In this document: positions 21,592 to 30,647 of the stretch, piece after piece
Position numbering within the stretch: the first letter of the stretch is position 1
Layout of the letters: each line of letters starts with the position of its first letter
From: Blastocatellia bacterium
Lineage (GTDB): Bacteria > Acidobacteriota > Blastocatellia > UBA7656
Assembly: GCA_963765495.1 (NCBI GenBank)
Contig: CAVXWP010000008.1
Span: forward strand, 96,001 to 160,000
Reading direction: 5' to 3'
DNA length: 64,000 bases
Position numbers and translations under genes: made by a program
The notes under the pieces: generated by a model
What the model was told of the DNA's origin: nothing
What the model saw: the letters and a program-made list of their open reading frames with translations, nothing else
The model's database searches: none

Positions 21592-23850
21592 GTGTGGAAA
21601 GGAGACCTTCCTGTGGGCCTTTGTGAAGTATATCTGGGCCGTCAGACCTGGGGAGACTATCTCAGCAACCGTAATCTGATCGAATACTTCGAAAGAGCGC
21701 TCCCGATTCAAAGCGGCGACCATCTTCAGCTATCGGCCACGGGCTCCATGCAACTCGGATTGTCTGAGAGCGATTACAATCTGGCCAAGGAATCGGGGCT
21801 TGGGGCGCTTGGGGCCGGGATCAGCCACGCGCTTGACGATCTGCAATACAGCATAGAATTTGGCTTCGAACAACTTGGCGGTGGAATAGATCAACTTAAC
21901 GCCGATTTCAACCTGCTGCTGGGCGACATCATCTGGAAACTTGAGATGCACCAGGAAACGCTCAACACCATCCTGCACGAGATAAGGCTGGCCGAATTCG
22001 AAAGGGAGGCTCGCGCCTATCGAAGCCGCGCCGAACGCGCCTATGCCAACGGCTGGTACGAAGAGGCGCTCGACGACTTCATTCAGGCCGAGAAGCGAAA
22101 CTATCCAGACTTTGCGGTACATCGCTCGATTGCAAGCATATGTTTTTATCACCTGATTGATTTGCCAAAAGCGCTAGAGTATTTCCGAAAAGCCGCCAAG
22201 TATTCTCGCCCAAGTGATCGCCGCCAGTCTGCCGAATCCTTTTACTTCGCCGGGATGGTCTGCGCCACTCAACAGAATTTCAAGGAGGGCTTCGATCACC
22301 TTGCCGAGGCGGTCAAGCTCAACCCGGACCTTTACGAAGCCCACTATCAGATGGCCGCAATGGCCGCGATGCTCGGGGATGGCGAGAGCGTGGCAATCAG
22401 CCTGGAAGCCGCAATCAAAGGCGACCCGCGCTACTACGAACGCGCCAGAAAAGATGACGTGTTTGACTCTGTGCGAGATCACGTACAGGTCTTGCTTGAG
22501 AAGTTGCTCGAACCCGTTCAGGAAAAGCTCGTTCAGGTGAGACAGGATGCCGAAATTTTGAAGGGTTACATCATAGCCAGGCCCGACAAACGCCAGCGGG
22601 TTTCAAGCATCTTTCGCAGCATCGAAGAACAGGTGGAAGCAGCCGGTTCTTATCAGGCAGGTTTGCGATTCCTCGATACTCTGGCTCAATTGCAGATCGA
22701 GTTGCGAGGTATTTATGATCTCTTTTACAAACATTACGAAATCGACACGCGCGATTATGCGCGGTGCATAGCCTTCAGCCCTGACGGAAGACTTGTGGCC
22801 TCGGGCTTTTTGAGTGAAGGGATAAAGGTCTGGGAGGCCGACACAGGGCGACGTCTGCAATCGCTGAAGGGGCACAGTTCAAGCGTGAATTCAGTGGCCT
22901 TCTCCCCTAATAGTTTGTGGCTGGCCTCCGGCAGTCGAGATCGGTCAATAAAGCTCTGGGAGATGGCCACGGGTCAGGAGATCAAGACCCTAAACGGTCA
23001 CGACGGGGAAGTCAGGGCGGTTACTTTCAGCCCTGACGGGCGATGGCTCGCGAGCGCAAGTCACGACCAGACCCTGAAGTTGTGGGGTGCGGTAACTGGG
23101 CGCGAAGTTCAATCTATGACCGGGCATCAGAATCAGGTCACATCGGCCGCCTTCAGCCCCGATGGTCGTCTGCTCGCCTCCGGCAGCATGGATAAAACGG
23201 TGAAGCTTTGGGATGTAGAGACCGGGCGAGAGATTCGCACACTCGAAGGTCACTCGAGAGGCGTCTCTTCGGTAGCCTTCAGCCCCGACGGGCGATGGCT
23301 TGCCTCGGGCGGGGACGACAAGATAGTAAAGGTGTGGGAAACCGATACGGGACGGGATGTGCGCACGCTCACAGGCCACTGCAATGATGTGACCTCCGTG
23401 GCCTTCAGCCCCGACGGGGAACTGCTTGCCGCCGGCAGTCTTGGGCAGACCGTCAGACTGTGGCGGATGTCTACCGGGCGAGTCGTAAAGACGCTCTGGT
23501 ACAGAGAGATAAGCTGGAATCAGGTAGCATTTTCCCCGAGAGGACAGTGGCTTGCGCTTGCGAGTCGAGACCTGCAACTATGGTCAAAGGTGATACTGAC
23601 TCAGGAAGAGTACGCGGAGCTGAAGGCTCGTGAAGAGCATGCCCTGCAATTGAAACAGGAGGCCGAATGGCTTGCCGAAGAACGCGCCGCGACCGACAGA
23701 TTGGAAAGAACTATTCTTGCGGGCAATGAATTGAGAGCGTACCGCCGCGCGGCGGGTCAGTGCGAAATATGCGGCAAACGATTGAAATTCTTTTCGAGAG
23801 TGACGCGCCGTCTCTATTGCAAAGCTCACAGAGTCAGGGTTCTAAGATAG
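21592..23850 (+). CDS. TPR + seven-bladed WD40 protein with C-terminal Cys/His motif
   Basis: TPR-like helices; seven AFSPDG-type repeats at a 42-aa period; CEICG...YCKAH tail. Confidence 0.88.
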   Translation: MWKGDLPVGLCEVYLGRQTWGDYLSNRNLIEYFERALPIQSGDHLQLSATGSMQLGLSESDYNLAKESGLGALGAGISHALDDLQYSIEFGFEQLGGGIDQLNADFNLLLGDIIWKLEMHQETLNTILHEIRLAEFEREARAYRSRAERAYANGWYEEALDDFIQAEKRNYPDFAVHRSIASICFYHLIDLPKALEYFRKAAKYSRPSDRRQSAESFYFAGMVCATQQNFKEGFDHLAEAVKLNPDLYEAHYQMAAMAAMLGDGESVAISLEAAIKGDPRYYERARKDDVFDSVRDHVQVLLEKLLEPVQEKLVQVRQDAEILKGYIIARPDKRQRVSSIFRSIEEQVEAAGSYQAGLRFLDTLAQLQIELRGIYDLFYKHYEIDTRDYARCIAFSPDGRLVASGFLSEGIKVWEADTGRRLQSLKGHSSSVNSVAFSPNSLWLASGSRDRSIKLWEMATGQEIKTLNGHDGEVRAVTFSPDGRWLASASHDQTLKLWGAVTGREVQSMTGHQNQVTSAAFSPDGRLLASGSMDKTVKLWDVETGREIRTLEGHSRGVSSVAFSPDGRWLASGGDDKIVKVWETDTGRDVRTLTGHCNDVTSVAFSPDGELLAAGSLGQTVRLWRMSTGRVVKTLWYREISWNQVAFSPRGQWLALASRDLQLWSKVILTQEEYAELKAREEHALQLKQEAEWLAEERAATDRLERTILAGNELRAYRRAAGQCEICGKRLKFFSRVTRRLYCKAHRVRVLR

Positions 23851-24148
23851 CTCACCTTCACCGTGTATGTCCCTCCTCAAATGTCAGCAGCAATGATATA
23901 CGAAATCCAAAACAACCGAAATCCGCAGACCTTCTTTAGTCATTTTGATTGATCGAGCGCGATCTGCTGTCAAAAGAGTCCCAGGATTTCAAAATGTCCG
24001 GTTGGTTAAGGCGTCAATCAAGTCGCCGCCTCAATGTCAATAAACCCGATTAAATTCAATAATAAGAGAATACCGCGACAATCAGAATCTGAGAATTTTT
24101 GGAAAGCTGCCGGCTTATTTAGCCTGTATTTGAAGGCTTCGATTGAGT

Positions 24149-24163
24149 TGGCACGCGTATTGA
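24149..24163 (+). promoter_or_regulatory. Possible sigma54 promoter (imperfect -12)
   Basis: TGGCACG-cgta-TTGA about 50 bp upstream of the 24216 gene. Confidence 0.4.
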
Positions 24164-24215
24164 CTAAGCAAGCGTGGAAGGAAAACATCAAAGTTTTTTA
24201 TAAGGATGGTGACCT

Positions 24216-24992
24216 GTGAAGTATGAGAACTCAAACCGGAACTCCTCGATGCTATTAATGCTGTTGACTCTTGTCCTGACGCTCAACGCTGTGGTTGACC
24301 TCAGCGCTGCTGCGATCTTCCAGGCTTTCTACGCCGGACAGTCGTGGATGCCGATGGTTGTTCTCGTGCTGCTGCTCTCGTCCTTGAAGGCCACACGGTT
24401 GTTGGGAGACAGGACGCGGAGCATGCTTGGCGAAGTGGCCGTCCTGTCCAGCGCCGCCATCTTTGGGCCGGTTGCCGCTGTTATCGCCGCAGCGGCGCAT
24501 CGAGCCAGTCATTATCAGAAAGAGTCAGGCGGATGGAGCAAATACCTCTATAACGTAGCGGCCTGCGTGTCGGCTGCAAACACCGCCGGGTATGCTACGA
24601 AGGCATTAATTCCTTCCTTTGGATTCAGCACCATAGATATTTCTTCATTGGAGATGGTCCTGGCGATGGGAATCTATACCTCCATATATTTCGTTCTTCT
24701 TACGGCGCTGTCTTGCGCTTATGATGCCATTGCAAATCAGGCATCTCTCTTCTCAATGATGAAATCAATATTACTCGGAACCTGGTTGAGATACTTTCTG
24801 GGTGGCGCAAGCGCGCTTGCGGCATTCTTCGTGCTCGCTCAGTTGGACTTTAATTATGCTCTTATGAAAACAATCGAATCCCCCCAGTTTCGTGTAGCAG
24901 CCACGGTAGTGATGATGCTGTTAACCCTCCACCAGATTATCTTCAATAAAGTTCATAGCGCCAATCCTTCCAACCACGCCACGCAACGCTGA
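24216..24992 (+). CDS. Multi-pass membrane protein resembling an isolated MASE-type sensor domain
   Basis: 7-8 hydrophobic segments; E..V...A.FGP..A...AA and K.LYN.A patterns; no cytoplasmic output domain. Confidence 0.6.
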   Translation: MKYENSNRNSSMLLMLLTLVLTLNAVVDLSAAAIFQAFYAGQSWMPMVVLVLLLSSLKATRLLGDRTRSMLGEVAVLSSAAIFGPVAAVIAAAAHRASHYQKESGGWSKYLYNVAACVSAANTAGYATKALIPSFGFSTIDISSLEMVLAMGIYTSIYFVLLTALSCAYDAIANQASLFSMMKSILLGTWLRYFLGGASALAAFFVLAQLDFNYALMKTIESPQFRVAATVVMMLLTLHQIIFNKVHSANPSNHATQR

Positions 24993-25010
24993 TGTGAATC
25001 ATCGCTATCG

Positions 25011-25052
25011 GTAAAAGCCTGAGACACACTCTTGTTTGTCTCAGGCTTTTAC
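25011..25052. terminator. Bidirectional intrinsic terminator
   Basis: 16-bp inverted repeat GTAAAAGCCTGAGACA / TGTCTCAGGCTTTTAC between convergent genes. Confidence 0.8.
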
Positions 25053-25077
25053 ATTTGCCCGTTTATAGCTGAACCCA

Positions 25078-25938
25078 TTAAGCAGTCAGGGGGCGAAGAT
25101 AATAAATCTCAGTCAACTGGTTCAGGCTCGTATAAAAAGTCTTCCACTCGATCTCGGCCCCGGGATTCAATTCAATACTCTTGATCAACTGATTAAGTCG
25201 CTCGGCCAGCGCAAGAATTCGCACAACGCGCGGGCGCGTGTCCTGATACAACCTGGTCTTGTCGAAATCGCTTCGCAACCGATCAAGTTCATCTTCGATA
25301 TCATCCATCAGGTCTTCGAGAGACCCCTCTGTTTTTGTCTCGTCAATCGAGGATTTATCCAGCGCCTTATCGAAAACTTTTTCAAATCTGTCGGAGCTTT
25401 TTTCCAGATTGTGTATCAGGGTATCAACCCTGGCTCTTGTTTCCTCAAAGTAGGATGGCCCCCAGCTTAACAGGCGAAAGTGATAAATATCGGCCAGGCG
25501 ATTGAGGTCTGCGCGGACACCATCCCAGATGTGGTCAGCTTCGGCGCTCAACCTGATACTGCGAAAAGCCCCATCAATTGTTTCGGCCTGCGCCAGCACA
25601 TCTGCTACCTGTGGATCAACATCCTCATACTTCTTAGCAATGTTCAGTTGTTCGCTCAGGTCTTTGAGCGTCTGCTTCAAATTCCTGGCCCTCTCATTGA
25701 GACTGGCCTCCTCAGAAGTACCTCCAACAGGGCTTTTGGCTAAAGCCGGATCAAAGAAGCCAGCAAATCGCTCTACGCTTTGGCGGAGCCTGTCGGCCAA
25801 TTGAGCGACCTCTTGCTTTGTATGTTCGTTATGGGCGTTGTCTTTATCCTGATTACGGCCCATTCCCTGTAAAGCCGAAATGGCGATGAGCCAACACAAA
25901 AGCGGCACAGCTATGATTCGGAGTCTGCGCTTGTTCAT
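25078..25938 (-). CDS. Secreted two-domain helical protein, distant paralog of 10852-11739
   Basis: Signal peptide; two repeats of S.(D/E)RF...FD.AL.KS.(I/V)..T..E..L...W......LN.L..IY. Confidence 0.75.
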   Translation of the reverse strand: MNKRRLRIIAVPLLCWLIAISALQGMGRNQDKDNAHNEHTKQEVAQLADRLRQSVERFAGFFDPALAKSPVGGTSEEASLNERARNLKQTLKDLSEQLNIAKKYEDVDPQVADVLAQAETIDGAFRSIRLSAEADHIWDGVRADLNRLADIYHFRLLSWGPSYFEETRARVDTLIHNLEKSSDRFEKVFDKALDKSSIDETKTEGSLEDLMDDIEDELDRLRSDFDKTRLYQDTRPRVVRILALAERLNQLIKSIELNPGAEIEWKTFYTSLNQLTEIYYLRPLTA

Positions 25939-26050
25939 ATTATTTCCTCTCTTCATGTATCGAATCCTTATACAACAGTACACTTCTACGTGGTTGAACT
26001 GGGAATCCACTCGGATAGCCCCATTCATTCTGATCCTTTTATGATTAAAA

Positions 26051-26065
26051 GCAGACGCCGTGCCA
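26051..26065 (-). promoter_or_regulatory. Sigma54 (-24/-12) promoter
   Basis: Minus strand TGGCACG-GCGT-CTGC, exact GG-N10-GC spacing, about 110 bp upstream of the 25938 start. Confidence 0.55.
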
Positions 26066-26133
26066 TGGTTACTGACGGGAAACTGATGTGAGCAGGTTGT
26101 GCTCTAAACATCTCACCAAATAACGAGTTACTG

Positions 26134-26532
26134 TTATACGCCCTGTCCATAGACGCGGCGGATACTCACACGCACGCTTGCACGATCCTTATTCGGATTT
26201 TCGGCAAGCCATAGGGTGGCGCGCTCTTCGCCTAGATACCTCTTTGCGAGCCGCGAGCGCAATTCGGGGTCTGCCGGTTCCACATTCGCAGACCCGCTCA
26301 AGGTCAGATACCGGGGTCCGGCTTCTACAGTGATGGTAATGGCGGGATTGCGGCGCAGATTGCGCGCTTTGACGCTATTTGCCCCTATGCTGAAACGGAT
26401 TTCGTCGCCGTCGAGCAGAAACCATACGACAGTTTGTTGTATGCTGCCGTCGGAGTTTAGCGTGCCTGCAACGGCATAATGAACTTCATTCAGGAATGCT
26501 CTTTGATGTTCGGTCATGGTCTTTTCTATCAT
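26134..26532 (-). CDS. PPOX-class (putatively F420-dependent) oxidoreductase
   Basis: GTLNSDGSIQQTVVWF, KARNLRRNP, YLTLSG; start uncertain. Confidence 0.85.
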   Translation of the reverse strand: MIEKTMTEHQRAFLNEVHYAVAGTLNSDGSIQQTVVWFLLDGDEIRFSIGANSVKARNLRRNPAITITVEAGPRYLTLSGSANVEPADPELRSRLAKRYLGEERATLWLAENPNKDRASVRVSIRRVYGQGV

Positions 26533-26590
26533 ATTCTTGCCACGCAACCGAATCAAACGAGCAAAGCTTTTTCATAAATCAATCAGTGAT

Positions 26591-26747
26591 CAGGGCCAGG
26601 GCCATTTAATTCTCAGGACAATCTTAGCGAGCTTTGCGTTTTTGCGACTTGCGAAGCCACAGGTAGTTTCAAAGACGCAAAGTCGCAAAGCTCGCTAAGA
26701 GGTTTCATTAAGAAAGTTGCAGTCTTCTTGAGAATTAAATGGCCCTG
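26591..26747. mobile_element. MITE with CAGGG terminal inverted repeats and 9-bp flanking direct repeat
   Basis: 19-bp perfect TIR CAGGGCCATTTAATTCTCA; ATCAGTGAT at 26582-26590 and 26748-26756; internal hairpin tcttagcgagctttgcg/cgcaaagctcgctaaga; extra right end at 26783-26799. Confidence 0.75.
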
Positions 26748-26811
26748 ATCAGTGATTTTTTACCATCTCGGCATGCCTATCCGAGAATTAATGGCCCTGG
26801 TAGGTAAAGCG

Positions 26812-26900
26812 CAAGAGGCCGCCAACGGCAAGAAGCGATAGAGAAACTCGAATCAATTCAAGATATCTTTCTCGCATTCGCGCCTGTAGGCGGCCTCTTG
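26812..26900. repeat. Long imperfect palindrome (REP-like or terminator)
   Basis: CAAGAGGCCGCC ... GGCGGCCTCTTG outer stem. Confidence 0.55.
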
Positions 26901-26964
26901 TTAAGACCTGCTTTCAAACGATATGGCTTCTACAAAATCAGCGGGGGCTGCTCTGATTTGCCAA

Positions 26965-27594
26965 TCACTTCCGGGTGTAGCTGATTTCTGCGGCTTTATA
27001 CTCGTCTGGTGTTCCTACCAGATCATAGATTTCAAAGACGGACTTGTCTTTGCTGATGATCCTGTTGACGAACTTGACCAGTTTATCGTGCTCGCCGGTC
27101 GTAGGTTCGTCCATCTTGCCGTAAAAGGTCAGCACTTTCCCTGTTTGATCGAGTGATCCTTCGCCGGACACAATTGCCGTGCCCATATTGTCTATATGAA
27201 AGACGACGAACTTTTTCTTGAAGTTGTCATACCCTGTGATATTCATGCTGTTGAAGCTCATGCCCATCATCTGTCCGGCAGACTCTTCATACAAAAAACG
27301 CCCTTCCATGACCCATTTGATCTCAGCCGTCCCTTTTGCTTCGGACGAGGGCTTTGAATCTTTTCCAAACCATGCCCGAGTCACCGTATCCCATTTGCCT
27401 ACGAATTGATTTAGAAACTTGTGATGCTCGCCGGGAGTAGCCGCTTCCATCCATTTCTTCATCATCTCGTCGTCCATGGGCATGGACATTTCGCTCTTCG
27501 TCTTGTCCTGAGCGTTCTGCGCCCGAACATCGGCAGTCATCGACGCCGAGACGAGCATCAGCGCAATTGCAAACAACAGGAGCCGCACTTTCAT
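26965..27594 (-). CDS. DUF1579 family exported protein
   Basis: Signal peptide; ATPGEHHK.L..FVGKW, GYDN.KKKFV...IDNMGT. Confidence 0.85.
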   Translation of the reverse strand: MKVRLLLFAIALMLVSASMTADVRAQNAQDKTKSEMSMPMDDEMMKKWMEAATPGEHHKFLNQFVGKWDTVTRAWFGKDSKPSSEAKGTAEIKWVMEGRFLYEESAGQMMGMSFNSMNITGYDNFKKKFVVFHIDNMGTAIVSGEGSLDQTGKVLTFYGKMDEPTTGEHDKLVKFVNRIISKDKSVFEIYDLVGTPDEYKAAEISYTRK

Positions 27595-27651
27595 GGCTTC
27601 CTCCTTTCTCTGAGGGTGTCTTCTTTCACCACTTGAGATGAGCCCGCTACT

Positions 27652-28182
27652 TTACGCTCCAGCCGAAGATTGCCCCTTCTCGGCCATCTTGGCGAAGAAC
27701 TCGTGCGAGGCCGCTATCACTTCCTCGTGCGTCAGGTCTTTGACGTGGGTGGAAAAGCTCCAGTGATGGCCAAACGGATCGGTGACTATGCCCCATCTGT
27801 CGCCCCAGAATTGCTCTGCCACAGGCATTACAGATGTGGCCCCGGCCTTTATAGCTCTGTCGTAGGCGGCATCGGCATCTTCGACATACAGATTCAGCGA
27901 AACGGGGCTGCCGTTGAGGCTCTCAGGCGAGTTGTTGCCCATCTCAGGAAATTCGTCGCTGAGAAATAGCATGCTGTTTCCTATTTTTATCTCGGCGTGC
28001 ACTATCTTCTGACCGTCAGGCGTGGTCATGCTGGCGATCACTTCTGCTCCAAGCGCCTCTTTGTAAAACTCTAAGGCCTTGGCGGCTCCTCTGATTACAA
28101 GCCCCGGTGTTAATGTGTGGAATCCTTCCGGTACTGATTTGACTTCATCTGACATAACGATATTCTCCTTTTTTGCCGACAT
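27652..28182 (-). CDS. VOC/PhnB family protein
   Basis: PEGFHTLTP, ALEFYK.A.GA, HAEIKIG, QFWGDRWG..TDPFGH.W. Confidence 0.92.
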   Translation of the reverse strand: MSAKKENIVMSDEVKSVPEGFHTLTPGLVIRGAAKALEFYKEALGAEVIASMTTPDGQKIVHAEIKIGNSMLFLSDEFPEMGNNSPESLNGSPVSLNLYVEDADAAYDRAIKAGATSVMPVAEQFWGDRWGIVTDPFGHHWSFSTHVKDLTHEEVIAASHEFFAKMAEKGQSSAGA

Positions 28183-28268
28183 AATGTAGCCCGCCGGGTT
28201 TCCCGGCAGTTTGGTTAACCTGCACCTCGGGGGGCGAGGATATGGATGTCATCGATCAACTATACGGA

Positions 28269-28880
28269 TCAATGACTGTATCTGCGTATGAGGCCGATCA
28301 CTATGCCCTGGATGCTTACGCGATCAGGTGGCTTGATGATAATCGGCTGGTACAAGGGGTTGGCCGCTTCAAGGCGAATTTGATTGGTCTCGCGGTAAAA
28401 TCGCTTTACCGTCGTGTCGCTGCCGTCAATCAGGGCAACGACTGTTTGCCCGTTTTCAGCGGTCTCGCGCGATTCGACTATGACGAAATCACCATCCCTT
28501 ATGTGCTCGTCAATCATCGAATCGCCTTTCACCCTCAGGGCGAAGGTGCGAGTGCGGCCCAACAGGTCGGGCGGGATAGTGACGACTTCCTGGCTCAGTA
28601 TAGCTTCGATTGGCCTACCGGCAGCCACTACGCCAAGTAAGGGTATTTCACAGGCATCGGATTCGCCTGCCTGTTTTACGATTTCGATCCCCCGGCTCGC
28701 GTGAGGTATGCGCTTTATCATGCCTTCACGCTCAAGAGCCGACATCAATTGATGAACCGTCGACGGGGAACTCAATCCGAAATGTTTTCGAATCTCGGCA
28801 ATCGTAGGCGCGAAGCCGTTGGCTTCCTGAAAGCGGCACAGATAATCATATATTTGTTTCTGGCGCGGAGTTAATACCAT
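28269..28880 (-). CDS. lexA: SOS repressor LexA
   Basis: LTPRQ, PTIAEI, VAAG cleavage site, GDSM and TVKR Ser-Lys dyad; GGGGAG RBS before ATG 28880. Confidence 0.95.
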   Translation of the reverse strand: MVLTPRQKQIYDYLCRFQEANGFAPTIAEIRKHFGLSSPSTVHQLMSALEREGMIKRIPHASRGIEIVKQAGESDACEIPLLGVVAAGRPIEAILSQEVVTIPPDLLGRTRTFALRVKGDSMIDEHIRDGDFVIVESRETAENGQTVVALIDGSDTTVKRFYRETNQIRLEAANPLYQPIIIKPPDRVSIQGIVIGLIRRYSH

Positions 28881-29109
28881 ATCTCTCCCCTTTTTGCTGT
28901 ATAAGCCAGTCAATGTCATATCCGATCATGCAAGTATTGCCTGTGATAGTGAGAACTTCGGTTCGGTATTTGCCTCGTCTCGTCTGAATTCTTCCTATCT
29001 CTTGCCCGTCGAGCAATACACTGTCGTGACGACACCATCCGCCGAAAGTCCTAACTCTCTGGCCGGGTTTTATTCTGAGCTTTGCCTGTATAGCTTGCTG
29101 AAGAGTCAT
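28846..29109 (-). CDS. Small hypothetical protein upstream of lexA (87 aa)
   Basis: GAGGT RBS; ORF MTLQQAIQAKLRIKPGQRV... fills the promoter-lexA gap and overlaps the lexA start by 35 bp. Confidence 0.45.
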   Translation of the reverse strand: MTLQQAIQAKLRIKPGQRVRTFGGWCRHDSVLLDGQEIGRIQTRRGKYRTEVLTITGNTCMIGYDIDWLIQQKGERYGINSAPETNI

Positions 29110-29167
29110 CTGTTTTAGCACCTCTCATCTCCTAGTGCCTGCCAAAAACGGGGCTCTGAAAATCCAC

Positions 29168-29200
29168 CGAACTTATACGAAATTATACGAAAATTGTCAA
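29168..29200 (-). promoter_or_regulatory. Sigma70 promoter of the lexA unit overlapped by a triple direct repeat (candidate LexA operator)
   Basis: Minus strand TTGACA-17 bp-TATAAG; plus strand CGAAC-TTATA-CGAAA-TTATA-CGAAA. Confidence 0.7.
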
Positions 29201-29266
29201 GTGAAAAGTTTCCACCAAATTCGAAGAATCAAAGAAAAACTTGACTGCTCTCTCTAAGTGTGGAAA

Positions 29267-29389
29267 TGATGAGTGATCCGTGATTCGTGATTCGTGATTC
29301 GTGATTCGTGATCCGTGACTTTGATTGAGCCTGACTGTTAAAGCAATATCTCAAGTCCGGCAAATCACGAATCACGAATCACGAATCAC
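29267..29389. repeat. Heptamer-armed palindromic element, 44-bp core
   Basis: (GTGATTC)n arm, core 29320-29363, (ATCACGA)n arm containing the stop codon of the OCD gene. Confidence 0.88.
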
Positions 29390-30387
29390 TCCAGACGGGT
29401 GCCGCCAAATTCTATTTGAGCGCCTGCGTTTTGCGCTCTGGCTTTCTGGTAGATGTGATGAGCCGAGGCGAGGTCTTCTATTGCGAGCCCCAGAGATTTA
29501 AAAAGTGTTATTTCTTTGTCGGATTGACGGCCTTGGATCTTGCCTGACAGGATATCGCCTATCTCGCCCTGTATATGCGCGCGCGCGACGGCTTCTTCTT
29601 TTTGAGCCAGCAGAAAATCGCCTGCCTCGTTCAGCGTAGACTCCAAGCGGTCTACGAAGAGGCGGGCCCGAGCTACGGCCGGTGTATCGAGTTCCCTTGC
29701 AAAAGGGACGCTCGACCCGACAGCGTTGATATGAGCGCCGGGCGACAACCAGTCCCCCCTCAGGACGGGCTCAAGCGAGGAGGTGACTGTACAGATAATA
29801 TCGGCTCCTGCTACGGCTTCCCGGGCTGTGGCCACAGGCTCGATTAAGATGTTCCATCGTTTTGATTCGCGGACGGAAAAACTCTCGGCGTTTTCAAGAT
29901 TGCGACTCCACACTCGGATCCTTCTTATATTCCGAGTAAGCAACATGGCTTCGAGATGAGTGTGGGCCTGGACGCCTGAGCCAAGTATTGCCAGGTCGCC
30001 TGCTTCGGGTCGGGCAAGCGCGTCGGTGGCAACCGCGCTCACAGCGGCCGTTCGAATTGCCGTGATCGAACTGGCATCCATGATTGCAAGCAAGCTGCCG
30101 TGTTTGGCTTCGAATAACAAGACCGCTCCTTGATGAGAATCGTACCGGGTGCCTTGATTGGATGGATATATTGATATGACCTTCAATCCCATTGCGTCGA
30201 TGTCGCCGGAGTACGCGGGCATGAGACCAAGCCATCCTTTTTCGTCCGGTAATGCCATAACATGTCGAAGCGGGTTGAGGGCCTCGCCCCTGCCCAACGC
30301 CTCAAATGCCTCTCTCATCCGGGTGATGCATTCCTTCATTGGCAACAGCTTTACAACATCGGTTTGATTGACGATGAGAACTTCCAT
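29386..30387 (-). CDS. Ornithine cyclodeaminase / mu-crystallin family protein
   Basis: MPAY, ITAIRTAA.S, ILGSGVQA, GAHINAVG, FKSLGLAIEDL. Confidence 0.93.
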   Translation of the reverse strand: MEVLIVNQTDVVKLLPMKECITRMREAFEALGRGEALNPLRHVMALPDEKGWLGLMPAYSGDIDAMGLKVISIYPSNQGTRYDSHQGAVLLFEAKHGSLLAIMDASSITAIRTAAVSAVATDALARPEAGDLAILGSGVQAHTHLEAMLLTRNIRRIRVWSRNLENAESFSVRESKRWNILIEPVATAREAVAGADIICTVTSSLEPVLRGDWLSPGAHINAVGSSVPFARELDTPAVARARLFVDRLESTLNEAGDFLLAQKEEAVARAHIQGEIGDILSGKIQGRQSDKEITLFKSLGLAIEDLASAHHIYQKARAQNAGAQIEFGGTRLE

Positions 30388-30647
30388 CCGAGTAACCCTC
30401 CACTTGCAATTGTTCGCTTGAGCCAATAGCGAAGTTTGCCCAAGGGGTGGCTCTAATCTTTTCGCGCCAATACGATCTTAGATTGACTCAGAATCTACCA
30501 TTTTAGACCGAGTTTAACCAACAGAGAGGATTCAACCTGTTACTTTTCACGAGCCTTTATGCTCTCTTCTTGCGCTCGTCTATGGTCAATCGGCGGTTGC
30601 TGAAGGGCAAATCTCAGAGTGATAGCGCAGACCATTCAAGGGATGAA

